This document shows positions 27,023 through 41,195 of a stretch of DNA of 64,000 bases, piece after piece. A model generated the notes under the pieces. That model ran no database searches, was not told where the DNA came from, and worked only from the letters and a program-made list of their open reading frames with translations. Origin of the DNA: Eledone cirrhosa. Taxonomy: Eukaryota. Made by a program: the position numbers and the translations under genes. The stretch spans positions 281,170,001 to 281,234,000 of the forward strand of contig OZ024740.1 in the NCBI GenBank assembly GCA_964016885.1. Reading direction: 5' to 3'. Numbering within the stretch: the stretch's first letter is position 1; every line of letters starts with the position of its first letter.

Positions 27023-30000
27023 GAAGAAGAAGAAGAAGAAGAAGAAGAAGCAGTAGTTCGAGTTGTTGTTGTTTTTATTTTTGTTGTTTTAGTAGTAACA
27101 CTTTTCCAGGTGAACACCCGAGATTCAATAACAAATGGCCACAAAACTCGATAAAAATAGTATTCATATCATTCGTTAAAACATTTTATTGTGTTTAAAT
27201 AAACACAAGATGCATGTAATAACATAGTTCGAGATACCCATATTATTAGGGAATAATTATGGTTAGAAAACAATTTATCATGGACATTTTCGGTCATGGC
27301 TGACCTAAGGCTATAAAATAACAACAATAATTATAGCCTTTGTGAAGACCATTTGCAAATTCTACATCAGTAAATCCAGTGCTGTAATAATCTCTTCAAT
27401 TATTTCTCAATCTTTAATTAAATTACAAAGTTATGGATGAACAAGATGTCCACCCAAACACATATCCTATCAATAAGAATAAATACCAAACAGCTGCAGA
27501 AATCCCTTTCAAAGAGACACCCTCACTCTAATCACTAAACACAAGTCTTGTTACAAGATAGCATTAAAATATAACCTCGGGTAATTTGATCAAAAGGGAT
27601 TACCAGAACCAGCTCTTGCTATTTGAGACCAAGTAGATTGTATCACACATAACGAAAATACAAAAATGAAACGGTATTTCTGATCGTGTTTACAGTTGTA
27701 TGGGCCCTGAAAAAGGAAGAGAATATCTAACTACAGACTACCAACATTCTACAAAGATTTTTATAAATTTCTACAAAGGAGATTCTCCCACAGGAACTTT
27801 CGAGTCTTCGTTGGTTATGTATTGGATGTTTGAATGAGGGTCATCTGAGACTCTCGGGATTGAGACATCAACCTAATGGTCAACTCATATGCACAACTAC
27901 TCTTTCTTACACGCTAACTCTAGGTCTAGTAATAGTGAAATAAATTACACACTTTATTTGATTATACTGGAAATACGATATGCACTGTTGTTCCCAGAAT
28001 AAGTAATTCTTAATGAAAGTTAGTCGGTTATTGATTATATAGTTTCCGGCAAAATCTTGATGTTGATATCATCTATTTTAACTATATCAGTAAGGACATT
28101 CAAAGAATATGTTTGCCTTTGTAGTTAATTATGAATAGTAATAGCATCAGACCCACGATTTAAAGAGAAAGAGAAATGGAAGCATTGGATAATATTTTCG
28201 TATTTGATAAGTTGATAAGGTTTTTCAAAATGTTCAATAATTTACTACTCGAAAGGAGACTCAAAGACTTTACACCTTCGGTTAGAACATGTGTTCTTTC
28301 GGTGGAAAGGTTAATGTGCAGGCAACACCCATTGGAATGCATTGGTTGCTGATCCATGAGAATTCCCTCTCGCAGTACCATTTGCTGATATTTCTGGATA
28401 GTGATTTACATGGTCCACCGTTGTCATACATCTTTTATTTCAAATCATTATTTGGTTCGAGTCGTATTCCCCAAATAAATGCACGTCAATCATAAACCTT
28501 TAACATCCATTATTTTTCCAGTTATCTATATAGCTCTACAGGCTGAGAAACATAGCTGATGGTATATTCCTTCCCTTTTAAACAAATTTCAAGCGACAAA
28601 GACCTAAACTAGATGGTGACATGCAAACATTTTAGCATGTTTCGCTATATAGCTTTCGTTTCGCCAAAATCTTTGTTGAGTGATTTCCTCAAATGTAGTG
28701 TCACACCAGTATTTTCTCTAACTTTCTCAAAGTATTCTCAGGGCATTCATTTTTTAGTTAATGTGTAATTACCAGGCATATAGTTATATCACTTTCTCGA
28801 AAGCAAATCCTTTCTCGGATTTAATTGGGCATGAATATGTAGTCAACGACTGAGCGAATTCTTCACATACCAAAACATGTAACATTCATATAAAGCCTTT
28901 ACATCTTCTCCAGGTACCTGTTGAAGCGGATAAAGAAGATGAATAAAGAAGTTATCCGCTGGTAATATTGTTTCTTATTTTTCGTTTTATAAAGGATAGA
29001 TTTTCATTTTATATCAATGGCTTCGTGTCCCGAGAATGTAATAGGCGATGTGAATCTTATTCTTCTTAAATATCTCTTTTAAAAACATAACAAAACAAAA
29101 CAATACTGTTCTATTGTGAATGGTGAAAAAGAAACACAAGTATAATTGATATATAAACGCAAAACAGGAAAAACTCCAGAAAAAGATAAAGTTATTCAAT
29201 GCAGAGATGATGAAATAACTAAAGTGCTGTTATCTGAAACATCAAGGATTCTATTACATTTTTTAAATAATAATTTATTCGCTCCTCGACTCCAGTAAAT
29301 CTATCCGATTAAACATAAACAAAAGAACAATCACAGTTTGTAAATGGAATCAAAATGATAAGGACACTTATGATTGTAACTTGCATAAAACAGAAAACAA
29401 AATAACAATAGCAGAACATAGACAACTTGGTAAACTTGGTCGCTAATAAAATTTCTAACGTCAGCTTAATTAGCACCACAAATAATTAAGCGAAACCTGC
29501 AATGATTAGGTGAAAGACGCCAATGAATCTATAAAAGTAATGAATGGATAATAAAATCACTACAATAAAACTTAAGTTGGCTATCTCGCTATCTTTCTGA
29601 CTGTCTGTATATTTCTCTCCCTCTCTTTGTCTCTGTTTCTCTCTTGATTTCGCATTCTCTCACTAATCTTATTCAACGTAAAACTAACACATCTAACTAC
29701 TCAAAATTTATACAGAAATAGTAAAGTACCGAATATATATGTTTCAGTGTCTAAATCGTTCTTTTCGGGTTTTGCTTTGAAGTTCACGACTCTGAAATTG
29801 TTTTAATATGTCACAATTAATTAATGAAATCGATTCAGTCAACATAAACCTGCCATGGTCTATTCAGCAATAACATGAACCACAGAACTAAACTATAACG
29901 AATCCTTAATATGAGCAAAGTATCATCATGTTGTCTTTACCTTGCGGAGCTGAAATAACATTAGAAGAAGAATAATAAGAAGAAGAATTTACACATATTG

Positions 30001-30488
30001 CTGTTTTATATTAGAAAATAATAATATTGTTTTCTGTGTAAAGTGGGGTCGTTTCTGAACAAAATGCGGACAATATACAGGCGACTCACATTTCACGTTT
30101 ATATATATTTATATCTCTCTCTATATGTATATATAAATACATATACATACATACATATATATATATAAATGGAATAGAAGGAAACGAAATTTAATTTCTC
30201 ACTCTTAGTACGGCACTTACTTAAATGTAAGTATGTATGTATGTATACGTACATACATATATGTATACAGACGTACAGTAGTATGTATATATATACATAC
30301 AAGCACACATATATATATGCACGTATCAGTTTACCGAACATTTATTATAATGCTCGGTTTGTTTGTTTGTAAACACTGTACGGCGTAATTCGGGCTGTTT
30401 GTTTGTTTGTAAACAAACAAACAGCCCGAATTACGCCGTACAGTGTTTAGGCAACCACGTCACCTTTTTGTTCAACACTGACACAGGA

Positions 30489-30531
30489 ACCATGTACTAG
30501 TTTCAAGCTTATTAGCTATCGTCAGCATCGT
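30489..30531 (-). ncRNA. Type I hammerhead ribozyme (445-nt family)
   Basis: Reverse complement: ACGATG CTGACGA T AGCT-AATA-AGCT T GAAA CTAG TA CATGGT. Confidence 0.8.
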
Positions 30532-31093
30532 ATACCTTCCTGCCAGATGGTTGAACGTCTGAAAGTATATAGTTTCCTTATGCATATTAACGGCTGAGCA
30601 GCCTAATCTGCATCTTGAGTGAGATCAGTCGGCCGGGCGCACCGAAAACGATAAATGGAATAGAATGAAACGAAATTTCATTTCTCACTCTTAGTACGGC
30701 ACTTACTTAAATGTAAGTATGTATGTATGTATACGTACATATATACGGGCTGTTTGTTTGTTTGTTTACAAACAAACAAACTGAGCACTATAATAAATGT
30801 TCGGTAAACAGATACGTGCATATATATATGTGTGCATGTATGTATATACAGACATACTACAGTATGTCTGTATATATATATATATGTATGTATACATACA
30901 TACATACTTACATTTAACTAAGTGCCGCACTAAGAGTGAGAAATGAAATTTCGTTTCATTCTATTCCATTTATCGTTTTCGGTGCGCCCAGCCGACTGAT
31001 CTCACTCGATATGCAAATTAGGCTGCTCAGCCGTTAATATAGCATAAGGAAAATATATACTTTCAGACGTTCAACCATCTGGCAGGAAGGTAT

Positions 31094-31136
31094 ACGATCC
31101 TGACGATAGCTAATAAGCTTGAAACTAGTGCATCTT
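31094..31136 (+). ncRNA. Type I hammerhead ribozyme (445-nt family), decayed copy
   Basis: ACGATC CTGACGA T AGCT-AATA-AGCT T GAAA CTAG TG CATCTT; G at position 17. Confidence 0.6.
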
Positions 31137-31411
31137 TCCTGTGTCAGTGTTGAACAAAAAGGTGACGTGATTGCCTAAACACTGTACGGCCTAATTCGAG
31201 CTGTTTGTTTGTTTACAAACAAACAAACCGAGCATTATAATAAATGTTCGGTAAACCGATACGTGCATATATATATGTGTGCATGTATGTATATATATAC
31301 ATACTATTGTACGTCTGTATACATATATGTATGTACGTATACATACATATATATATAAATAATTATAAAATAACAGGAGGCTTGACTGGTGTAATTCCTT
31401 AAAGGGTTATT

Positions 31412-31469
31412 ATACTATGAAAATTTCAATGACCGGGTTCAGTATAAATCCGGTGACATCATCAGGTAT
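31412..31469 (-). ncRNA. Type I hammerhead ribozyme (same family as 59330)
   Basis: Reverse complement: ATAC CTGATGA TGTC-ACCGG...CCGGT-CAT T GAAA TTTTCA TA GTAT. Confidence 0.6.
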
Positions 31470-32070
31470 TCCGAAATTTAACAAAGGAATATAATAGATA
31501 CAATCCAAGGGGCTGAAAAGCAGGGCGAGGTGCCCAACCAGCCGGAAATTTATAAATTCTTAAATTTATGAATTTAATTTATAATAAATTGGAGTGAAAT
31601 CAACTGGTGAGTGTGTTTCTTATTGGCAACATGACCCTCCCAAAGCATAATATATATATATAATATATATATAGTAATAATAATAAATTTGAAGTCTAAA
31701 ATCCAAAGAGGGCTCGAATAGGATAAAAAGAATTTTAGTCTACGACTTCAGTTATACCATTTACGCGGGTTTGTCTTTGCGTGTAATTGTTCCCACATAA
31801 TGACGTATTATTTCCGTTCATTGCCATAGAACGTCTCCATGAACCACCTAATATAATATTAGTCTACGACTTCATTTATACCATAAACGTGGTTTTGTCT
31901 TTGCGTGTAATTGTTTTCACCCCACCTAATTGTGACGTATTATCTTCGTTTTTTTTTTCGTTCTTTGCCAGGGAACGTTTCCCCGAACCAAAATATCGTC
32001 TTCCTATCTTCCTTCGGTTTCAACGTTCTTTGAAATATTTACATCTGCGTTCACAGATTGACTTTTTTTA

Positions 32071-32119
32071 GTTTCAGAAGATCCCGTTAAGGGTGAAAGC
32101 AGCGATTCTTTGCTTAAAC
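32071..32119 (+). ncRNA. Type I hammerhead-like motif, U4A variant
   Basis: GTTT CAGAAGA T CCC-GTTAA-GGG T GAAA GCAG-CGATTCT-TTGC TT AAAC. Confidence 0.6.
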
Positions 32120-32140
32120 ATTAATCTGTTACTTTAATAA

Positions 32141-32201
<61 letters not shown>

Positions 32202-33408
32202 TGAAACTAACAAAGTCAATCTGTGAACGCAGAAGTGAATATTTAAAAAAACGTTGCAACCGGAGGAAGACAGGAAGACGATACTTTGGTTCGTGGAAAC
32301 GTTTCCTGGCAAAGAACGGGAAAAAACGAATATAATACGTCATTATTACGGGGTCGATAAAATAAAGTACCAGTAATGCACTGGTTAAATGCTGGCCTTG
32401 TGCCTAAAGTAGAAACAATTATTTGGAGCGGTGAAAGACAAAACCACGTTTATGGTATAAAAGAAGTCGTAGACTAATATTCTCTGAGGTGGTTCATAGA
32501 GACGTTCTCTGGCAATGAACGGAAAAAACGAAGATAATACGTCATATGTGGGGCGCGGAGAACAATTGCACGCAAAGACAAAACCGCGTAAATGGTAAAA
32601 CTAAAGTCGTAGAGTAAAATTCTAGCTAGGAAACCGAATGATACTCGGTTTCAGAGTTAAGTATAAAGTAAATAAAATACAGAGGTAATTAAAATTAAAT
32701 AAATACATACACCCATCCATAAACGTACATACCCAAGCATACGCGAAAATCTCGCCATAGGTATACAAAAACACGCACATATAAATATGTGTGTGCGTGA
32801 ATACAAATAATTAAATAAACGAATATAAATAAATACGTATATAACAAGCGCACACACATACCTACATGTAAATACACATATGTTCGGAGACGATCGTCAA
32901 CCAAAACACGAAGTACACATATACACACACCCTGCATACGTACGAACCCGCATACTCACACAGACGCAAAACTCACGTATACACATAACAAAAAGCATAT
33001 GTACCCGAATATATAAAATATACGCCATAACATATACAATCAAAAATACGTACGAGAAAGTATACGTACCTTCAAAAAACATACAGGTAATATATACTTA
33101 CCTATGCAAATAAGTAATGGTGTAAACATAACATATATTTAACTACAACATCAAGACGTAAAATATCCGCGTATAGATCGTACTATCCGTTAGGGTATAA
33201 TGCGGGGCTGTATTACAGGAAAGTTTTGTGCAATTTATGTTTGCGTGCAATTGTTTTTCACCGCTCCAAATAATGACATATTATATTCGTTTTTTTCCCG
33301 TTCTTTGCCAGGGAACGTTTCCACGAACCAAAGTATCGTCTTCCTATCTTCCTTCGGTTGCAACGTTTTTTTAAATATTCACTTCTGCGTTCACAGATTG
33401 ACTTTGTT

Positions 33409-33459
33409 AGTTTCAGAAGATCCCGTTAAGGGTGAAAGCAGCGATTCTTTGCTTAAACT
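33409..33459 (+). ncRNA. Type I hammerhead-like motif, U4A variant
   Basis: AGTTT CAGAAGA T CCC-GTTAA-GGG T GAAA GCAG-CGATTCT-TTGC TT AAACT. Confidence 0.65.
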
Positions 33460-33562
33460 TTAATCTGTTATTTTAATAAATATTTGCTCTACGGTTCTTA
33501 TATATTTTATATATATTTATCCTTATCGAGCCCCCTTTGGATTTTAGTCTTCAAATTTATTA

Positions 33563-33617
<55 letters not shown>

Positions 33618-33640
33618 TTATATATATATATAATATTAAT

Positions 33641-33674
<34 letters not shown>

Positions 33675-33720
33675 CAATATATTAACAAATGGAAACTATA
33701 TTTATAAAACGATATTTATT

Positions 33721-33778
33721 TCATTATGCATATTTCAAGAGCCACCAAGGCAGATTATGGTGCGATTTCATCAGATAA
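33721..33778 (-). ncRNA. Minimal type I hammerhead ribozyme (degenerate)
   Basis: Reverse complement: TTAT CTGATGA AATCG-CACCA...TGGTG-GCTCTT GAAA TATGCA TA ATGA. Confidence 0.6.
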
Positions 33779-33902
33779 AATATAATATAGATTAGTTTTA
33801 TAAATAAATGTTGACATACCCTGAAAAATGCAATCTTCACGGTTGGAGTATCCCAACAAATTAAATATAACCTCTACATATATATATATATATATATATA
33901 TA

Positions 33903-34107
33903 TAGGAACGAGTAGGACCCCGACGGCTGAGCTCAAGCCGTTTCGACGGCTAATTCTGGACTAACATTTTAGTCCATAATTAGCCGTTGAAACGGCTTGA
34001 GCTCAGCCGTCGGGGTCCTATTCGTTCCTATTACCCACTCTACTACCCTAAGTATTGACTACTTTGATGCGTTATGGTCCATCTGGCTCCTTACCACATT
34101 TCCTTCG

Positions 34108-34108
<1 letters not shown>
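33903..34108. mobile_element. Palindromic 5'-truncated copy of the 56475 hammerhead element
   Basis: 33903-33964 mirrors 33969-34030; contains only the GAAA-CGGC-TTGAGCTCA-GCCG-TC half; another partial copy at ~54325-54420. Confidence 0.8.
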
Positions 34109-34170
<62 letters not shown>

Positions 34171-36873
34171 TATATAATATATATATATAATATATATATA
34201 TATATAATATATATATATTTTATATATATATATAATATATATATATAATATATATATATAATATATATATATAATATATATATATAATATATATATATAA
34301 TATATATATATAATATATATGTATAATATATATATATATAATATATATATTGCAATCTCAACATGTGGCTAAGATGCTATTCCAGTTTCTCAAAAAACTG
34401 TAGATAGCTGCTCCTAACATGCTATAGACAGCCAGATCACTAACTAAAAGTTGTGGACATTTTGTAATCGTAGAAGAGAAGTGTGAGTGAGTGTGGCTCG
34501 GAATTTATGGTCTTGCCGATACAATTTAGGAAACGATTTTCTTTTCATTCATAATGATTCCAGTAAACGTACATTTATACACCTGCATTTATGTATTGTA
34601 TTTTGTGTTTTTTTGCAAACCTTGTTTGTTCCTACTTTTGCCTCCAAATGACCTGGTGGTGATGGCGGGATGCCGTTATTATTGCTATTATCGTCTTTTG
34701 CCAAAATGGTCGTGGCGGTGGTCATACAATCTGGGTTTCCATTTGCAATTGATCTGGTTGTGTTTTCGATGGTACTGGTGTTTTCTCACTTACCATAATA
34801 TAATAAATGGAGGAGTGCAGGACAGCGTCCGTCTTATATTTTTTTTATCCCGTTAGTAAAATAAGTTGGATTACTATGAATAAATAATTGTTTCTACTTT
34901 TGGCACAAGGCCAGCAATTACCCAGTGTATTACTGGTACTTTATTTTATCGACCCCGTAAGGATGAAAGGCAAAGTTAACCTCGGCGGGATTTGAACTCA
35001 GTTTGGAAAGGGCCGTAACTCTATGCATCAAAGCATTACTATGAATAAATAATGAATGGATGTTACATACTTTTGGACTAAATTTCGTAGTTCTTGATTA
35101 AACATAAATTTTCTTATATATAATGATTGCTTATTTTAAGATTCACTTCTTTTAAAATTTTCAGATGTCTACACTTCCGGTTAGCGTCCGTTATATCATA
35201 TCACTTATTTCATCGCTTATTTTCTCCTTTTTCGTTTTCATTACATTTCACCACAATACAGTTTATATATAATGTCGTTTTTTTAAATGCATCATGGATT
35301 ACTTTACTGATTACAGAAGAGAGTGGACAACAGACTTCCTTCAAATTCTGTGCATATTGTCAATTACGATTTTATTTCATATATCATATGTACATGCATG
35401 TATATTTACAAATAACATCAAAGTGCACACTACCCGAAGGGTGGTTTTTCTGATAGTATATCTGTTAGAACACGAAAAGTGTGAAACAACAGAATGTTCA
35501 CTTTTCGTGTTCTAACATATATGCGTAGCTTCTTAAAATTTTTTCGGGGATAGCCGTGGTGGTGGTGATCGTATGTCATTGGCTAATTTTCAACCAATCA
35601 GAGTACCTCTCTCTATATCTCTTCCACTGTTACTTACGCCTGTTTCTCTCTATCTGTTCCGTCTCTATATATATCTCTTACTCTTTCGCTTTGCACTCCT
35701 CCCCTTCAATACCATCTCTCCCCCTCTCTATATATTTGTTACTCTATCGCTGCACGCTCCTCTCCTTCAATATATCAATTACACACGCTTTACACTCCTT
35801 TATCCCCAGCGCCCCTATATATACACCTCCCCTCTCCCGCATCTATATTTTAATGTACCGTTGCACCGTGAATATATGTGTCTATATATATATACATATA
35901 TATTGTATATACACATTCATGTATGTGTATACACACTCATGTATGTATATACACTGGTTTTATGTGTGTATTGTAAATTTGTACTGTTAAAACACGAAAC
36001 TAACATTCGATTGACACTTTGATTACCTGTACAGGCAATAGTTATTAGAATGCTGTTGAAGTGTGTATATATTTTTGGGGGACATCCTGTATATACACAC
36101 ATTATATATAATACAATAAACAGATAAATACACACATATATATATGAGCTTATTTAATTATAAATATTGTGAATTTTTAACTCAGTTCAATTATATATAT
36201 AAATGGTTTCTACGGGACTAGAACTGTTTCATTCGAAAGAAATCATCATAATATTGAGAGGGGGGACTAGATAAAATATTTCAAATCAAATGTGTATAAG
36301 TTATAAGTTAAAATGTATAAATAGAGACGATAGTGGAGGTATATCTGTTTAGTGGAACAGTAGACGATAGAATTAAATACAGACGATAATCTCCCTTTAA
36401 TGAAACAGCAGACGATAGAATTAAGGCAATTTAAATTTTAAGCATTTGCATTTTTGCCTTTCATCGTTACGGGGTCGATAAAATAAAGTACCAGTAATAC
36501 ACTGTCACTAGACGACTTTCAAATTGAATTGTTGGTTCCATTTCTTTAGTATTTTCAATTGTAGTTATCTACTTAAAAAGCGTTACACGGTTAGAGACAT
36601 AATTCGTAAGTTATATCTTCCCTATTAAACCATTGCATTATTTCGCCTACAATAGAACAAAAATGAAATGTTCTTTAAAGAAACAGGAATATAACTTTAT
36701 AAAAAAAAAAGTTGCATACGCTTCTTTTATCATTGATAATTTTTTCGTTTTAATATTAATTGTTTTTTGTAGTTGTTTATATTAAAAATCTTACTGTAAT
36801 ATTTACTTAAACGAAGGCAAACATCTAAACTTATAGATTAATCTTGAGCGAAGGACTAGATAAATCTCTCTCC

Positions 36874-36908
<35 letters not shown>

Positions 36909-38025
36909 AACGAAGAATGATAAAATTTCAAGCAAAGAGTTTAATTAGGTATATTTTGTAATATTATTAACTAATTATTATAATTAACGCGCATATTTTG
37001 CTATCCTCAAACACGTTTACACATGGCATGAAATATAACTAATCCGAGATGGCTAGGTTTCATCTTCTAACTGGATATACGAAATCCATTATGTCTTGAC
37101 AACAACATGAGGTAACATTATGTTATTCACAGACACACTTTGTACACTGTTCCATATCAGAATGTATTTCCTTCGTCACATTCACAAACAGTATTGAAAA
37201 TATGTTCTTCGGCAAATAAAAATGTTTTGTTCATAATATTTCAACTAGCGATTGCTCTACTCCACGCACGACCACCATAAATTAATGACCAGCTCAACAC
37301 AAGTATTGGTAGAGCGTCAGACACCATGCTTTGCAGTATTGTTATGGTCCTTTGCATTCTAAGTTCAAATCCTGCCGAGGTTAACTTCGACTTTCATACT
37401 TACTAATTCGATAAAATAAAGTACCAGTAATGGACTGCCGTAATGGATTTGTGCCGAAAAATAGAAACACTATTAATGTGCAATAAGAGCAAAATATAAC
37501 GACATTGCTCAATTATTTTATCTAATGTTGTAATAACACAAGGAAATGTTGTTTGTGTATTTTTTTTTATATTTGCTCATAGGCTTTTACAATTTCGCTC
37601 AGCCAACAACTATTAAAAAGTGAGTTGCTTAAGATAACAATTTAATCACAAATTGTTGCTATCTTTTAATACACTCCAACAAGTCATCAAATTATGTACA
37701 ATAAAAACAAATCTTATTAATTTGCTCAGGGAATATAAAGAAAATGTATATACACTGATAATTGCAATTGTATGTAAATATTTTGTTTTTGTATTGTATA
37801 TTTTATGTTTTCTATTATGTATAATATATTGATTTAATATTGATTGTTTTTTGTAGTTGTTTATATTAAAAGTCTGAAAATATTTTTATACATCTTACAC
37901 TAATATTTATAAGATAATTTATAATAACAATTACATAATCTAATTACATTACAACGATAATTTATTATTAATATATATCCTGTTTAACTAGAGTTATTAC
38001 AAGCGTTGCCTTAAAAAAATATTAA

Positions 38026-38971
38026 ACTAGACATGAAAAATGCGCAAGCTCAAAAGTGCCACAGAATGTTATAATAAACCTTCAAAAGTGTGGGACTAGA
38101 GTTGTTGCTAAAAAATATTGTAATCATTATATATCGTACATTCTGTGGCATCCTTTATAAAAATAGCTTAAACCAACGAAGCCTTTATTTTTACGCTATT
38201 TCACTTAGTTAATTCTTAGAGTGTAACATATAAAAATAAATACATCTATGTTTAATGTAATAACAGCTATAAATAATTACGTAATATTATTATCATATAC
38301 TCATAGTAACAAAATAATTGTGTTGAAACTTAATATGAACGATCAAATCTATAATGATAATTTCTTAAATATACTAATAGTAAAATAATTTAGTTATCTA
38401 TTGTTACATTTTCATAGAACTATAATATTAACAATCGTATTGCATTATCAAATTTTTATCACTACAAACTTTCATATTGGAATTACCTTAAGCCACTTAT
38501 TATTACTTCGCTTTCGTACTTTTACAGCTGTAGATATTGCGCTGTATCTTATATCTAATATCAATATCTCGTGGTAATTTGCATGAAGTGTAAAATAGGT
38601 TTATTAATAACTTTAATATGAAATGTATTATACAGGGCTGCGGAGTCGGCCAAAAATTGACTGGCTCCAACTCAGGATCCGATACTCCATTATTTCCTAA
38701 ATTTCAGCTCCGCAGCTCTGTTATTATATTAATTAATTTATTTTATAGTTGTAAATGATATTTTTATATGTTACACTCTAAGAATTAACTAAGTGAAATA
38801 GCGTAAAAATAAAGGCTTCGTTGGTTTAAGCTATTTTTATAAAGGATGCCACAGAATGTACGATATATAATGATTACAATATTTTTTAGCAACAACTCTA
38901 GTCCCACACTTTTGAAGGTTTATTATAACATTCTGTGGCACTTTTGAGCTTGCGCATTTTTCATGTCTAGT
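38026..38971. repeat. ~213-bp apparently perfect inverted repeat with ~520-bp spacer
   Basis: 38026-38238 is the reverse complement of 38759-38971. Confidence 0.9.
38633..38720. mobile_element. hAT-type MITE
   Basis: TIRs CAGGGCTGCGGAG / CTCCGCAGCTCTG; 8-bp flanks GTATTATA / TTATTATA (7/8 TSD). Confidence 0.7.
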
Positions 38972-41104
38972 ATAAATATAGCTTAGCTCGTCATTGGAGA
39001 CGTTGCTTTTGGCACTGCTACCTTTCATAGCTGTAGAGCTGATACTTTCACTGTTGTTATCCATGGTTTTTCTTGGATCGTCCTTATCGTTGTTGTTGTT
39101 ACATCTTATTGTTGTTGTTGTGGTTATTTTGGTATTACTGCTGTTGCTGCTGCTGCTGCTACTGCGTTTGTTACGTTCATTAATCACGGTTATGGTCGTG
39201 ATGTTAGTGATAGTTACATTGTAGTTAAGCAGGGAAATCATAGTTGAGGATAAAGTACAGATATTAGGTTTCCCAGATATATCCGTAGGTTGAAAACATT
39301 GTCATCATAAACATATTGGGTGATAATTCCAGCTAAATATATGTTCACATAGGAAAGGATTAAGAAATATTTAACTCGCGGAGTCCGTCTTACACATGAA
39401 ATGAATAACTTTGAAAAGATTTACGAAACGAACCGGGGATCCAGTATGTCAAAACCGTACTGTGTAGTGTCACGAAACGCTGAAGTAAAAGCTTTGACAG
39501 GATTTTTTGAAACCTGTATACTGAGCTTAAGATTGTTCCGGGCACGTTTCTCATATGCCGTTAGGAAAACATCCCTGACCAGGGCTGAAGCTACAGTGTG
39601 TTGGGGAAACATTCATGAAAAATTGTGAAAGTTTATTCCAGCATTAGAGAGATGTGAAATTCCATGGTAATTTCCACACTCTATGGGTTCCTTTCTTTTT
39701 ACCATCGTTACAGAACTCTGACATTTACGATATAAACTGGTTCTTATAGGCAACTAGAAAATTATAATAAATCTAACAGAACAAGAAATATATCTTGTTA
39801 ACACTAAAGGAAAACTCATATAAATCGCTAGTAAACACGAAGGCAACAAAAACGTATTTTCTATCTTCATGTAAACCAATAAATATAGAACACATGTTGA
39901 AATGACATACAGTTTTCTGAAGAAAGAAGAAAGAAAAACTTAACGTGTGAAAAGGTTAAAAAATAAGTTAGGAATATGTGTATAGAATGCCAGATAAAAT
40001 GACGGCGATCAATATACTTACTTGATAAGAAACAACATGGTAGCAATAGAAAGATACGCTACATTGGTCGGGAAGATAAAAATAGAATTAGAGAAACTGC
40101 AGCATGAAACCTTTCCATTAGAACCAGCAATCTCATGTAATGAATCAGAATACATCAACTAACTGAAGAATATGCGGCGATTGAACAAAACGTATTGTGA
40201 CACTATCTTTGAGAAGAAATAATATATCTAAGGACATGACAGCGTTGTAGTAGATTTTATACACTGGACATTATGCCAGTATTTTGAAATACCAATTGAA
40301 AATGAGTTGCTTTAAATGAAACCAGGAAAGTGACGATACTGTGAGATATGCCAATCGACACAGATAAGGACATGCAGGATAATCAGCAGGATATTTATGT
40401 GAAGGAATGCTAGGAAAAATATGTGCCTCCCGATTCAATTATGCCCCAACAGACAATAAGAAATAAGGAATGTATTCAAATATAAATATCTAGAAATTGA
40501 GATGACCAGCATGCACAGGTTAAAACAGGAACCATCTCTATAATAATTGATATTTTAGGATTTATACAATTACAGATCAAAATCCAATATACTGTAAACA
40601 GAGAATGTGCATGGAGTTTTAAAATGCCCATTTACATGTAGACATGTCCAGGTTCCTCGTAGCTTCTGTTAAATCCGGTACTCTTTCTATACAGATACGA
40701 ATTTAAATAATATTTCAGTTGTTTAGCCCACAATTCAATATATAATTAAATTATCTCCCACCGTAAGCACTAAGAATATGCAAAGTGGCACCTCCGGTTT
40801 GTAGTTACCTCACATTGGATAGGTTTATATACCTTGTGGTTTCGCTTTCCACTGTGAATTGTGAGAGATGTTGACATATTTTCAAAAAGAATCGAAGATG
40901 TGGTAAAACTGTTCATCTTTTGCTCACTCGTTTCGACCATCATAATTAATGGCATTCTTCTCGCAGTTGCGGCTGCAGTTGTTGGCACTTTTGATGCTGT
41001 TGTTGTTGTCGTTGCTGCTATTTCAGTTGTAATCACTCTGGCCATTGCTGCTTGTACTGCTGTTCGCTGTTGAGGATTCCTAGGCTGGCTAAAGAATATT
41101 ATTA

Positions 41105-41195
41105 GCCCAGCCCCCATTTTTGGAACACATCAAGAGGCATGCCTACTGGGAACAGCAAGGACCCTCCGTTACATCCTGAATATCTGAAGCTGCAG
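41105..41195 (+). mobile_element. R4/Dong-like LINE C-terminal fragment
   Basis: QEACLLGTARTLRYILNI* matches the typical RLE-LINE C-terminus. Confidence 0.6.

Larger units (their letters stand above)
30165..31350. mobile_element. ~445-nt tandem hammerhead-bearing repeat (retrozyme-like), locus 1, with internal inversion
   Basis: Period ~447 nt (30783 vs 31230); orientation flips near 30750-30780; homologous to 57794-58632 and 60508-61397. Confidence 0.85.
31680..33570. mobile_element. Multiply inverted non-coding element with ~120-bp subrepeats and U4A hammerhead
   Basis: Segments 31735-32130(+), 32199-32620(-), 33225-33480(+) are homologous; 31680-31735 mirrors ~33515-33565; (TA)n at both ends. 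Confidence 0.75.

Noticed and set aside
27760-28930. Old CR1/L2-like LINE remnant
   Set aside because: Too decayed to identify any diagnostic motif confidently
31735-32000. Repeat-spacer-like pattern resembling CRISPR
   Set aside because: Degenerate ~120-bp tandem subrepeats in eukaryotic DNA; no unique spacers or cas genes
35458-35522. ~24-bp-arm hairpin as a miRNA precursor
   Set aside because: More simply a small inverted duplication; no supporting evidence
40800-40870. IHSGK..KPIQCE as a C2H2 zinc-finger linker
   Set aside because: No Cys2/His2 spacing on either side
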